Assembly: GCA_038087875.1 (NCBI GenBank)
Contig: CM075996.1
Coordinates: 6,822,001 to 6,886,000, forward strand
Source of the DNA: Malacoraja senta
Taxonomy: Eukaryota
Length of the DNA stretch: 64,000 nucleotides
Reading direction: 5' to 3'
In this document: positions 14,443 through 26,500 of the stretch, piece after piece
How the letters are laid out: every line of letters begins with the position of its first letter
Position numbering within the stretch: position 1 is the stretch's first letter
Position numbers and translations under genes: made by a program
The notes under the pieces: model-generated
Told to the model about the DNA's origin: nothing
Databases searched by the model: none
The model's input: only the letters and a program-made list of their open reading frames with translations

Positions 14443-15720
14443 ATAGACAATAGACAATAGGTGCTGGAGTAGGCCATTCGGCCCTTCGAGCCAGCACCGC
14501 CATTCAATGTGATCATGGCTGATCATCCCCAATCAGTACCCCGTTCCTGCCTTCTCCCCATATCCCCTGACTCCGCTATCTTTAAGAGCCCTATCTAGCT
14601 CTCTCTTGAAAGTATCCAGAGAACCGGCCTCCACTGCCCTCTAAGGCAGAGAATTCCACAGACTCACAACTCTCTGTGTGAAAAAGTGTTTCCTCATCTC
14701 TGTTCTAAATGGCTTACCCCTTATTCTTAAACTGTGGCCCCTGGTTCTGGACTCCCCCAACATCGGGAACATGTTTCCTGCCTCTAGCGTGTCCAAACCC
14801 TTAACAATCTTATATGTTTCAATAAGATAGCCTCTCATCCTTCTAAATTCCAGAGTATACAAGCCCAGCCGCTCCATTCTCTCAGCATATGACAGTCCTG
14901 CCATCCCGGGAATTAACCTTGTAAACCTACGCTGCACTCCCTCAATAGCAAGAATGTCCTTCCTCAAATTAGGGGACCAAAGCTGCACACACTACTCCAG
15001 GTGTGGTCTCACTAGGGCCCTGTACAACTGCAGAAGGACCTCTTTGCTCCTTTACACGACTCCTCTTGTTATAAAGGCCAACATGCCATTCGCTTTCTTC
15101 ACTGCCTGCTGTACCTGCATGCTTACTTTCATTGACTGATGAACAAGAACACCCAGATCCCGTTGTACTTACCCTTTTCCCTACTTGACGCCATTTGGAT
15201 AATAATCTGCCTTCCTGTTTTTGCTACCAAAGTGGATAAACCTCACATTTATCCACATTAAACTTCATCTGCCATGCATCTGCCGACTCACCCAACCTGT
15301 CCAAGTCACCCTGCATTCTCATGGCATCCTCCTCACAGTTCACACTGCCACCCAGCTTTGTGTCATCTGCAAATTTGCTAATGTTACTTTGAATCCCTTC
15401 ATCCAAATCATTGATGTATATTGTAAATAGCTGCAGTCCCAGCACCGAGCCTTGCGGTACCCCACTAGTCACTACCTGCCATTCTGAAAGGGACCAGTTA
15501 ATCCCTACTCTTTGTTTCCTGTCCACCAACCAATTCTCTATCCATGTCAGCACTCTACCCCCTATTCCATGTGCCCTCATTTTGCCCACTAATCTCCTAT
15601 GTGGGACCTTATCAAATGCTATCTGAAAGTCCAGGTACACTACATCCACTGGCTCTCCCTTGTCCATTTTCCTAGTTACATTCTCAAACAAATTCCAGAA
15701 GATTAGTCGAGCATGATATC
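14443..15720 (-). mobile_element. Degenerate CR1 LINE RT and 3' end
   Basis: [18 protein letters not shown] and FADD in ORF 15224-15724, continuing through disrupted frames to the tail. Confidence 0.92.
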
Positions 15721-18700
15721 CCATTTAGTGCAAGGTAAAGCCAGCAAAGTCCGATCAAGGGTAGTCCGAAGGTCACCAAAGATCTAGCTACCAGCTCAGC
15801 ACTGCTCTATATAACTACATTTAAAGAACATATGGCCAAGTACATGGATAGGAATGTTTTAGAGGGACATGGGCCAGATGGTACTGGATATGCCGATAAG
15901 TGTTTCACATTTCTGTGCAACTTCTAAATAACATGTGAAATAAAAGCGAGTTTGGACATGGGATGATTGGGTTAACATATAATAAGCGTTTGACGGGACT
16001 GGGCCCGTACTCGCTGGAGTTTAGAAGGATGAGGGGGGGTCATTGAACTTAACAAATAGTGAAAGGCCTGGATAGAGTGGATGTGGAGAGGATGTTTCCA
16101 CTAGTGGGGGAGTCTAGGACCAGAGGGCACATCCTCAGATTAAAAAATATGTACCTTTAGAAAGGAGATGACGAAGAATTTCTTTAGCCAGAGGGTGGTG
16201 AACCTGTGGAATTCATTGCCACAGACGGCTGTGGAGGCCAAGTCAATGGATATTTTTAAGGCAGAGATTGACAGATTCTTGATTAGTATTAGGTGTCAGG
16301 GGTTATGGGGAGAAGGCAGGAGAATGGGGTCGAGAGGGAAAGATAGATCAGCCGTGATTGAATGGTGGAGTAGACTTGATGGGCAGAATGGCCTAATTCT
16401 GCTCCTTTGATTTATGAACTGACGGCACGGTGGCGCAGCGGTAGAGTTGCTGCCTCACAGCGCCAGAGACCCGGGTTCGATCCTGACTACGGGCGCTGTC
16501 TGCACGGTGTATGTACGTTCTCCCCGTGACCTGCGTGGGTTTTCTCCAGGTGCTCCGGTTTCCTCCCACACTCCAAAGGCGTGCGGGTTTGTAAGTTTGG
16601 TAAAAATGGAAAATTGTCCCCAGTGTGTGTGTGTGTGTGTAGGATAGTTTCAGTGTGCGGGGATCGCTGGTCGGCGCAGACTCGGTGGGCCGAAGGGCCT
16701 GGTTCCATGCTGTATCTCTAAAGTAAAAAGCCAAACCTGAATGAATCGGACTGACATCCAACAGTCAGGAAAATCAACTAACCTGCCTTCACTACAATCT
16801 AGATCTTCCGGAGTTTTACTCTGCAACATTCCTCCTCCCTCTCGTCAATACCTTTTCTCCCGACATTCATATCCCTTTTTCTTCCTATTTACGCGCAATA
16901 TTTTTCAGACTTTGAGGGTGTGAGCTATAGGGAGAGGTTTGAGCAGGCTGGGACTCCCTGGAGTGCAGGAGGCTGAGGGGAGATCTTATAGAGGTGTACA
17001 AAATCATGAGAGGAATAGATCGGGTAGTCGCACAGAGTCTCGTTCAGACCGAAAGGTCTGAATGACAAATAAAGGAATCTCTAATCTCTAATCTCTCTAA
17101 TCTCATGCCCAGAGTCGGGGAATCGAGGACCAGAGGACATGGGTTTAAGGTGAAGGGGAAAAGATTTAATAGGAATCTGAGGGGTAACTTTTTCACACAA
17201 AGGGTGGAGGGTGTATGGAACGAGCTGCCAGAGGAGGTAGTTGAGGCTGGGACCATCGCAATGTTTAAGAAACAGTTAGAAAGGTACATGGATAGGATAG
17301 GTTTGGAGGGATATGGGCCAAACGCAGGCAGGTGGGACTAGTATAGACAATAGACAATAGACAATAGACAATAGACAATAGGTGCAGGAGTAGGCCATTC
17401 GGCCCTTCGAGCCAGCACCGCCAATCAATGTGATCATGGCTGATCATCCCCAATCAGTTCCTGCCTTCCCCCCATATCCCCTGACTCCGCTATTTTTAAG
17501 AGCCCTATCTAGCTCTCTCTTGAAAGTATCCAGAGAACCGGCCTCCACCGCCCTCTGAGGCAGAGAATTCCACAGACTCACAACTCTCTGTGAGAAAAAG
17601 TGTTATAGCTGGGAAATGTTGGGCCGAAGGGCCTGTTTCCACGCTGGCAGGTACGGGATACGATGATCGGCCATGATCATATTGAATGGCGGTGCAGGCT
17701 CGAAGGGCCGAATGGCCTACTCCTGCACCTATTTTCTATGTATCTATTTATCTATATCACTCTAGGACTCTGACACTATTGCTTTCTTCTTCAAGGTTAA
17801 ACTCCAGTTTGATCTGCAAAAGTATGTCATTAGCTGAGTGCCAATAGTGAACGTGAGAAGCCTTGATTACAGCAATCAATGCAAAGAATATCAGTCACCT
17901 CTCCCTGGCGTTTGTCCAGCCATTTTATTAATGACCCCTGATCCTCCATTAAGAGGTTCCCTCTCAGCTCCTTTGCACCTTAGAGATACAGTGCAGAAAC
18001 AGGCCCTCTGGCCCACCGAGTCCGTGCCGACCAGCGATCCCCGCATATTAACACTATCCCGCACACACTAGGGACAATTTACACTTACACCAAGCCAACC
18101 AACCTACAAATCTGTTAAAGAAGGAACTGCAGATGCTGGAAAATCGAAGGTACACAAAAATGCTGGAGAAACTCAGCGGGTGCAGCAGCATCTATGGAGC
18201 GAAGGAAATAGGCAACGTTTCGGGCCGAAACCCTTCTTCAGACTGATAGGGGGTGGGGAGAAGAAAGGAAAAAAGGAAAAAGGCGGAGGAGGAGCCCGAG
18301 GGCTGGGGGAGGGGAGGAGACAACCGGATGGCTGATGAAGGGGAGGGGACAGCAAGGGCTAGCAGAATTGGGAGAATTCAATGTTCAAGCCCCCAGGATG
18401 TAGACTGCCCAAGCGGAATATGAGGTGCATTTCCTCCAATTTACGGTGTTGTAATAATCGTAGAGTTGGAGGGCAGGGGGGATCACAGAGATGGGGCAGT
18501 TAGAGAGTTGGTTGTGGAACAGTCTCCGGAGAGAGGAGGAGAACTTCTTCAAAGTAGGCATACCTTGAGGAGATTTCGCAGTGGATAATCTCGTCAATCT
18601 GGATAACCTACAAATCTGTAAGTGTGGGAGGAAACCGGAGAAAACCCACGGGGGGAGCGTGCAAACTCAGCACAGGCAGCGCCCCGTAGTCAGGATGGAA

Positions 18701-19597
18701 CCCGGGTCTCCGACGCTGCAAGCGCTGTAAGGCAGCAACTCTACCGCCTCGCCGCTCTAATTGAGAAGTTCCCTCTCAGCTCCTTTAGGTTTTGGAGATA
18801 CAGAGCGGAAACAGGCCCTTCGGCCCAACGAGTCCGCGCCGACCAGCGATCCCCGCACACTGACCCTAATCTACACACACCCCCAGGGTCAATTTACAAT
18901 TACACCAAGCCAATTAACCCTGCAGACCTGCACGTCTTTGGAGTGTGGGAGGAAACCGGAGCACCCGGAGGAAACCCACGCGGGTCACGGGGAGAACTGA
19001 CAGCACCCGTAGTCAGGATTGAACCTGGATCTCTGGCGCTGTAAGGCAGCAACTCTACCCCCTGCGCCACCGTGTTTCATCCAACTTCATCGCTGCTACA
19101 TCCTCTACCATTCCCCGTGAGAGTGAGTGCCACAATCTATTCCCCACTTTATTCCCAATGATAGACACAACATGCTGGAGTAACTCAGCGGGACAGGCAG
19201 CGTCTCTGGAGAGAAGGAACGGGTGACGTTTCGGGTCGGGACCCTTCTTCAGACCGGCATTGAAGCCAGGTATCTCAAAACTAAACTAAACTAAGACTTC
19301 AATGACCAGGTGAAAGATTCTAACAAGTAGGATTCTAATGGGTAGGAAGGAACTGCAGATGCTGGTTTAAACCGGAGATAGACACAAAATGCTGGAGTAA
19401 CTCAGCAGGACAGGCAGCATCTCTGGAGAGAAGGAATGGATGACGTTTCGGGTCGGGACCCTTCTTCAGTCTAATGGGGTCTAAATACCGTCTGGCAAAG
19501 TGATGTAATTCTAGCCACCTTGTGTATTAATAACAGCAGCCGTCTCCGTGTACACAAGAGCTTGTTCACAAGGTGACATACCTATTCTATTTCCCAG

Positions 19598-19636
19598 TTG
19601 GGTTACTAACGAGCCGTCCCCTCCACCACATCCAGG
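19598..19636 (+). CDS. Possible N-terminal exon of the micro-exon gene (xGLLTSRPLHHIQ), truncated by the assembly gap
   Basis: Acceptor cctattctatttcccag in non-repeat sequence; 39 nt open in phase 1; resembles the end of a signal peptide; donor would fall in the N gap. Confidence 0.3.
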
Positions 19637-19836
19637 NNNNNNNNNNNNNNNNNNNNNNNNNNNNNNNNNNNNNNNNNNNNNNNNNNNNNNNNNNNNNNNN
19701 NNNNNNNNNNNNNNNNNNNNNNNNNNNNNNNNNNNNNNNNNNNNNNNNNNNNNNNNNNNNNNNNNNNNNNNNNNNNNNNNNNNNNNNNNNNNNNNNNNNN
19801 NNNNNNNNNNNNNNNNNNNNNNNNNNNNNNNNNNNN
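19637..19836. other. Assembly gap (200 N)
   Basis: Run of N; the round length suggests a placeholder of unknown true size. Confidence 0.99.
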
Positions 19837-19980
19837 CCTCCGGCAGCTCGTTCCGTACACCCAGCACCCTTTGTGTAAAAAGCTACCCCTCACGTTCCCA
19901 TTAAATCTCCCCCCCCCCCCCTTTCTCTCCTTAAACCGATGTCCTGAGGTTCTCGATTTCCCTATTCTGAGCCAGAGTTA

Positions 19981-20273
19981 AGGCCCTGTCCCACGATGCG
20001 AGTTTACCCAAGAGCTCTCCCGAGTTTAAAATGAGAATCAAACTCGTGGTAAGTGAGTAGAATGTACGTAGCGGGTACGTCGGAGCTCGTGGATGTCTCG
20101 TAGCGGCTCGTAACGCTAACGGCAGGTACTCGGGAAACGCGGTGACTCGTGAACTTTTTTCAACAGTGTGAAAAATTTCCAAGAGTAAAAAAATACTGGT
20201 GATGAAGTACCACGAGTTAGATTTTTTAACTCGGGAGAGCTCTTGGGTAAACTCGCATCTTGGGAGAGGGGCT
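19981..20273. mobile_element. PIF/Harbinger-type MITE
   Basis: TIR aggccctgtcccacgatgcgagtttacccaagagctctcccgag; TTA/TAA flanks. Confidence 0.8.
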
Positions 20274-20539
20274 TAAGTTGCTATTCGTCCAGTTTGCGTG
20301 TGGCCTCACTCTGACAGTGGAGGTGGCCCAGGACAGAAAGGTCAGTGTGGGAATGGGGAGGGGGGTTAAAATGGTTGGCAACCGGGAGAACCAGTAGACC
20401 TTGGCGGACCGAGCGCAAGTGTTCGGCGAAACGGTCGCCCAGTCTACGCTTGGTATCGCCGACGTAAAGGAGGCCAGTCAGGGATGAAACTACCGCAGTC
20501 ATTTCCCATTTTATAATTAATCACCGACATTTGTTTCAG

Positions 20540-20596
20540 ATTCCAAAGAAAGTGTCGAGAGGAAAATTAAGATGATCGTATCGAGAGAAGATGATG
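20540..20596 (+). CDS. micro-exon 1, type [20 protein letters not shown]
   Basis: tttcag|...|gtacgt, 57 nt. Confidence 0.8.
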
Positions 20597-23500
20597 GTAC
20601 GTAGATGTGTGTGTGTGTGTGTGTGTGTGAGTGTGTGCGCACTGGCTGAGATTTACGATTCATCATTAATTACAGGAGAGGTGCTGGAAGACTTGAGGGT
20701 GGCAAATGTTGTCCCTCTATTCAAGAAGGGCTGCAGGGAAAATGCGGGGAACAGGGAGGGCCCTAGTGAGACCACACCTGGAGTATTGTGTGCAGTTTTA
20801 GTCTCTAAATTTGAGTAGGGACATTCTTGCTATTGAGGGAGTGCAGCGTAGGTTCACAAGGTTAATTCCCGGGATGGCGGGACTGTCATATGCTGAGAGA
20901 ATGGAGCGGCTGGGCTTGTACACTCTGGAGTTTAGAAGGATGAGAGGGATTCTTATTGAAACATATAAGATTATTAAGGGCTTGGACACGTGCCAGAGGC
21001 AGGAAACATGTTCCCGATGTTGGGGGAGTCCAGAACCAGGAGCCACAGTTTACGAATAAGGGGTAAGCCATTTAGAACAGAGATGGGGAAACACTTTTTC
21101 ACACAGAGAGTTGTGAGTCTGTGGAATTCTCTGCCTCAGAGGGCGATGGAGGCAGGTTCTCTGGATACTTTCAAGAGAGAGCTGGATAGGGCTCTTAAAG
21201 ATAGCGGAGTCAGGGGATATGGGGAGAAGGCAGGAACGGGGTACTGATTAGGGATGATCCGCCATGATCACATTGAATGGCCTACTCCTGCTCCTATTGT
21301 CTATTGTCTATTGTCTACAGACCAGTGAGCCTAACATCTGTGGTCGGAAAGTTACTGGCGAATTTTCTGAGGCACAGGATTAGTTTCAGTTTCAGTTTAT
21401 TTTACTGTCACGTGTACCGAGGTACAGTGAAAAGTTTTGTTGCGTGTTATCCAGTCAGCAGAAAGACAATACATGAAACATAGAAACATAGAAACATAGA
21501 AAATAGGTGCAGGAATAGGCCATTCGGCCCTTCGAGCCTGCACCGCCATTCAATATGATCATGGCTGATCATCCAACACAGTATCCTGTACCTGCCTTCT
21601 CTCCATACCCCCTGATCCCTTTAGCCACAAGGGCCACATCTAACTCCCTCTTAAATATAGCCAATGAACTGGCCTCAACTACCTTCTGTGGGAGAGAATT
21701 CCACAGATTCACCACTCTCTTTTAGTGCAAGGTAAAGCCAGCAAAGTCTGATCAAGGATAGTCCGAGGGTCACCAAAGAGGTAGATAGTAGTTTAGCATT
21801 GATCTCTGGTTGTGGTAGGATTTTGTACGTGGGAGGTCGTGTCTCATGAATCTGATTGAGTTTTTTTGAAAACTCGTGACCAAAAAGGTTGATGAGGGCA
21901 GAGCTGTAGATGTTATGTATATAGATTTCACCAAGGCATTCAACAAGGTTCCACATGGTAGGCTGCTGTGGAAGGCTGGATCCCGTGGGATCCAAGGAGA
22001 GATAGCTGGATAGATAGAAAATTGGGTATATTTAAATGGGATTGGGAAGGTGGAAGCAAGATGGGACAAGATGGTCGGCGGGGGCAAGTTGGGCCGAAGG
22101 GCTTGTTTCCACACCATGACTCTGTGGCCCCAGGTGTGTGTGCGTGGAGATGTCACCTACACATGTCCTGGGTGGTCATGGTTACTGGGGGAGAGGGATC
22201 TTCAAAAAAATGATCGGAAAACCAACCATAAGACCAGCAAACTGAAACCCTCTTCCTTCTGTTTCAGACTCTGCCGAGAGCGAGAGTGGGCCGGATACTA
22301 AAGGTAGTTCACCTTTAGTTTCAGGGTTCCACTCTGAAACTATGGATCTTCCACACTCATAGAGTTCTACTGTGTGGAACGGGCCCTTCGGCCCAACTTA
22401 CCCATTCCGTCCAAGATGCCCCATCTACACTGGTCCCATTTGCCCACATTTAGTCCATATCTATGTCTTCTTCTTCTTGCGTATGGCGTGCACAGCCTAA
22501 AGTTGTGGACACCAAAACACTACATTGTGCACGTCGGGTTGATTGCATTAGTTGAAACAGGGTGGACCACGTGAAGGTTGCAATCTCCCACCCCTATATC
22601 CCTCTGAAGCTTTCCTATCCATGTACCTGCCCAAGTGTCTTTTACATTTTGTTATAGTTTAGTTCAGTTTATTTTCTGTTTCGAGATACAGTGCGGAAAC
22701 AGGCCTTTAGGCTCACTGAGTCCGCGCCGACCAGCGATCCCCAGACACTAACATTATCCTACACACACTAGGGACAATTTACATGTTCTGCCAAGCCAAT
22801 TAACCTACAATCCTGTACGTCTTTGGAGTGTGGGAGGAAACCGAAAATCTGGGAGAAAATCCACGCAGGTCACGGGGGGAACGTACAGACTCCGTGCAGA
22901 CAGCGCCCGTAGTTGGGATCAAAACCATGTCTCTGGCGCAGAAAGCGCTGTAAGGCAGTAACTCTACCGCTGTGCCATCATGCCGCCCTTAACTACCTCC
23001 TCTGGCAGCTTGTTCCATATATCTAATCAGTGTCTGATTTTCATTTCAGATTCCAGAGAAAGTGTCGAGAGGAAAATCGAGATGATTGTATCGAGAGAAG
23101 ATGATGGTACGTAGATGTGTGTGTGTGTGGAGATGTCACCTCCACATGTCCTGGGTGGTCATGGTTACTGGGGGAGAGGGATCTTGGGAAAAAGGTTCGG
23201 AAAACCAACCGTGAGACCAGGAAACTGAAACCCTCTTCCTTCTGTTTCAGACTCTGCCGAGAGCGAGAGTGGGCCGGATACTAAAGGTAGTTCTCTTGAT
23301 TTGCTCGTCACCGGGATAGAGTGAACTGTCATTAAAATGGGAGGGAGAGTTTCAGAGCTACACTGGTAGCAAGGGCACAGGGAACGTCTTGGGATCGGTG
23401 AAGTGAAATCCTTTCCTTTCCCTTCCAGATTCTGTGGAGAAAGAGAGTCGCTCTGCATCTCGAGGTACGGATATTTATATTTCAATGTCTCCCTGTAACA

Positions 23501-26500
23501 TTCACTGGGGAACAATCCATCCACCCATGGGTGAGGTTTAGAGGGATAGGGGCCAAACGCGGGCAGGTGGGACTAGTGATTGTGAACAAAGACCCATGTG
23601 AGGCACAACTCACCAGAGGACGTAGGGTTAAGGTGAGGGGGGATATGTTTCATAGGAACCTGACTTCTTCACACCAAGGGGGGTGGGCGCATGGAACGAG
23701 CTGCCGGAGGAGGTCGTTGAGGCAGGTACCATCGCAATGTTTAAGAAACATTTAGATCGGTACATGGATAGGACAGGTTTGGTGGTATTTTGGACAAATG
23801 TAGGCAGGTGTGCCTGGTGTAGATGGGACATGTTGGTCGGTGTGAGCAAGTTGGGCCGAGGGACCTGTTTCCGCGCCGTATGACGCTATGACACGAGGTA
23901 CTGCATATGCTGGTTTACCAAAAAAAAAGACACAAAGCACTGGAGTAACACGATGGGTCAGGCAGCATCTCTGGGGAACACGGATAGGTGACGTTTCAAG
24001 TTGGGTCTCATCTCAGTTTATAGAATGTATTAGAGACGGGTTCCTAGAACAGTATGTCACAGAACCGACAAGGAGGGAGGCAATCTTGGATCTGGTCCTG
24101 TGTAATGAAGCAGGATTAATTAAAAATGTCATAGTTAGGGACTCGTTGGGAACAAGTGACCACAATATGGTCGAATTCCATATTCAAATAGAAGGGGAGC
24201 AGGTTGAAACTCAGGCTAGGGTACTTAGTCTAAATAAGGGGGATTATGAAGGTATGAGGACTGAGCTGATCAAAGTTGACTGGGATAGCAGACTCAAGAA
24301 TAAGACGGTACATGAGCAGTGGTGTACGTTTAAGGATCTACTGTATAACCTTCAAGAAAAATTTATTCCTATGAAGAAAAAAAGGGGTAAGGGAAAGAAC
24401 AGTCAGCCATGGCTCAGTAAAACTATAAAGGATAGTATTCGGCTGAAGGCAAGGGCATATAAGGTAGCCAGAGATAGTGGGAGGGTAGAGGATTGGGAAG
24501 CATTTAAAGGTCAGCAAAAAATAACTAAGAGATTAATTAAGACGGGGAAAATAGACTATGAAAGGAATTTAGCGAACAACATAAAAACTAATAGTAAGAG
24601 TTTTTATAGCTATATAAAAAGAAAAAGGGTGGCTAAGGTGAACGTTGGTCCATTGGAGGGTGAGACTGGAGAGTTGTTGGTGGGGAACATGGAAATGGCA
24701 AAGGCATTAAACGAGTATTTTGTATCAGTCTTCACCATAGAAGACACAAAAAATATTCCAACGCTGGATAAACAGGGGGCGGTAGGAATGGAGGAGCTAA
24801 ATACTATTAAGATCACCAAGGAGGTGGTATTAGGGAAATTAATGAGACTGAAGGAGGATAAATCCCCTGGGCCTGATGGATTACATCCAAGGGTCTTGAG
24901 GGAGATAGCGGTGGGGATTGTGGATGCATTGGTGATAATTTTCCAAAACTCCCTGGAGGCAGGAACGGTCCCAGTGGATTGGAAAATGGCCAATGTAACA
25001 CCTATATTTAAAAAAGGAAGTAAACAGAAGGCGGGTAACTATAGACCGGTTAGTCTAACATCGGTGGTGGGTAAAATGTTAGAGACAATTATTAAAGAAA
25101 CACTAACGGGGCACTTGGATAAACATGACTTCATCGGACAGAACCAGCATGGTTTTGTGAAGGGGAAGTCCTGTTTGACGAATCTGCTCGAATTCTTTGA
25201 GGAAGTAACAACCCGGGTGGATAAAGGGGAACCGGTGGATGTGGTATACTTGGACTTCCAAAAGGCTTTTGACAAGGTGCCACATAAGAGACTATTGCTA
25301 AAAATAAAAAATTATGGGATTGGGGGTAATATATTAGCATGGGTAGAGGATTGGCTAACAAATAGGAAGCAGAGAGTGGGGATAAATGGTTCATACTCGG
25401 GATGGCAACCGGTAACTAGCGGGGTTCCGCAAGGGTCGGTGCTGGGACCCCAGTTGTTCACAATTTATATAAATGATTTGGAGGAGGGAACCAAGTGTAA
25501 TATATCAAAATTTGCGGACGATACAAAAATGGGAGGAAAAGTAGGGGATGAGGAGGATAGGAAGAGTCTGCAAAAGGATATAGATAAGCTAGGTGAGTGG
25601 GCAACAACTTGGCAGATGAAATTTAATACTAATAAATGTGAAGTCATTCACTTTGGGAAAAAAAATGATAGGGCAAGTTATTTTCTAAATGAGGTGGAGC
25701 TGCGTTGTAATGCAACGCAAAGGGATCTAGGGGTAGTAGTACATGAATCACTAAAAGTTAGTATGCAGGTGCAGCAAGCAATCAGGAAGGCCAATGGAGT
25801 TTTGGCCTTTATTGCTAGGGGGATTGAGTATAAAAACACGGAGGTCTTGCTGCAGCTGTACACAGTATTAGTGAGACCACATTTGGAATACTGTGTACAG
25901 TTCTGGGGTCCATACTTAAGAAAGGATGTACTGGCCCTGGAGGCAGTGCAGCGAAGGTTTACAAGATTAATTCCTGCAATGAGGGGATTGACATATGAGG
26001 AAAGGTTAAGTAGGCTGGAACTCTACTCTTTGGAGTTTAGAAGAATGAGAGGCGATCTCATTGAAACATATAAGATCGTGAGGGGCCTTGATCGGGTGGA
26101 TGCACCGAGGATGTTCCCAATGATCGGGGAAACTAGAACTAGGGGACATAGTTGTAGAATAAGGGGGGGCTCTTTTAAAACTGAGATGAGGAAGAACTTC
26201 TTCACCCAGAGGGTGGTTAATTTATGGAATTCACTGCCCCAGGGAGCAGTGGAAGCAGAAACATTAAATATATTTAAGTCTAAAATAGATGGTTTTTTAG
26301 CTGCCAAGGGGATAAGGGGCTACGGGGAGAAGGCAGGGATATGGACCTAGGTATGGTTAGTATAGTAAGACCTGAGTGATCTCCTGGACAAGTGTCGATC
26401 GCCTGGATTGGGGTCGGAGAGGAATTTCCCGGATTTTTTTCCCGAATTGGACCTGGGTTTTTATCCGGTTTTTTGCCTCCCCCAGGAGATCACGCGGTTC

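Noticed and set aside
23165..23524. Repeated 119-aa minus-strand [13 protein letters not shown]... (also at 29786 and 32923)
   Set aside because: Antisense to exons B and C and their introns; it recurs only because of tandem duplication and is broken in the fourth unit
23888..26350. 820-aa ORF as a host gene or domesticated reverse transcriptase
   Set aside because: 5'-truncated CR1 insertion; sister units show the empty site
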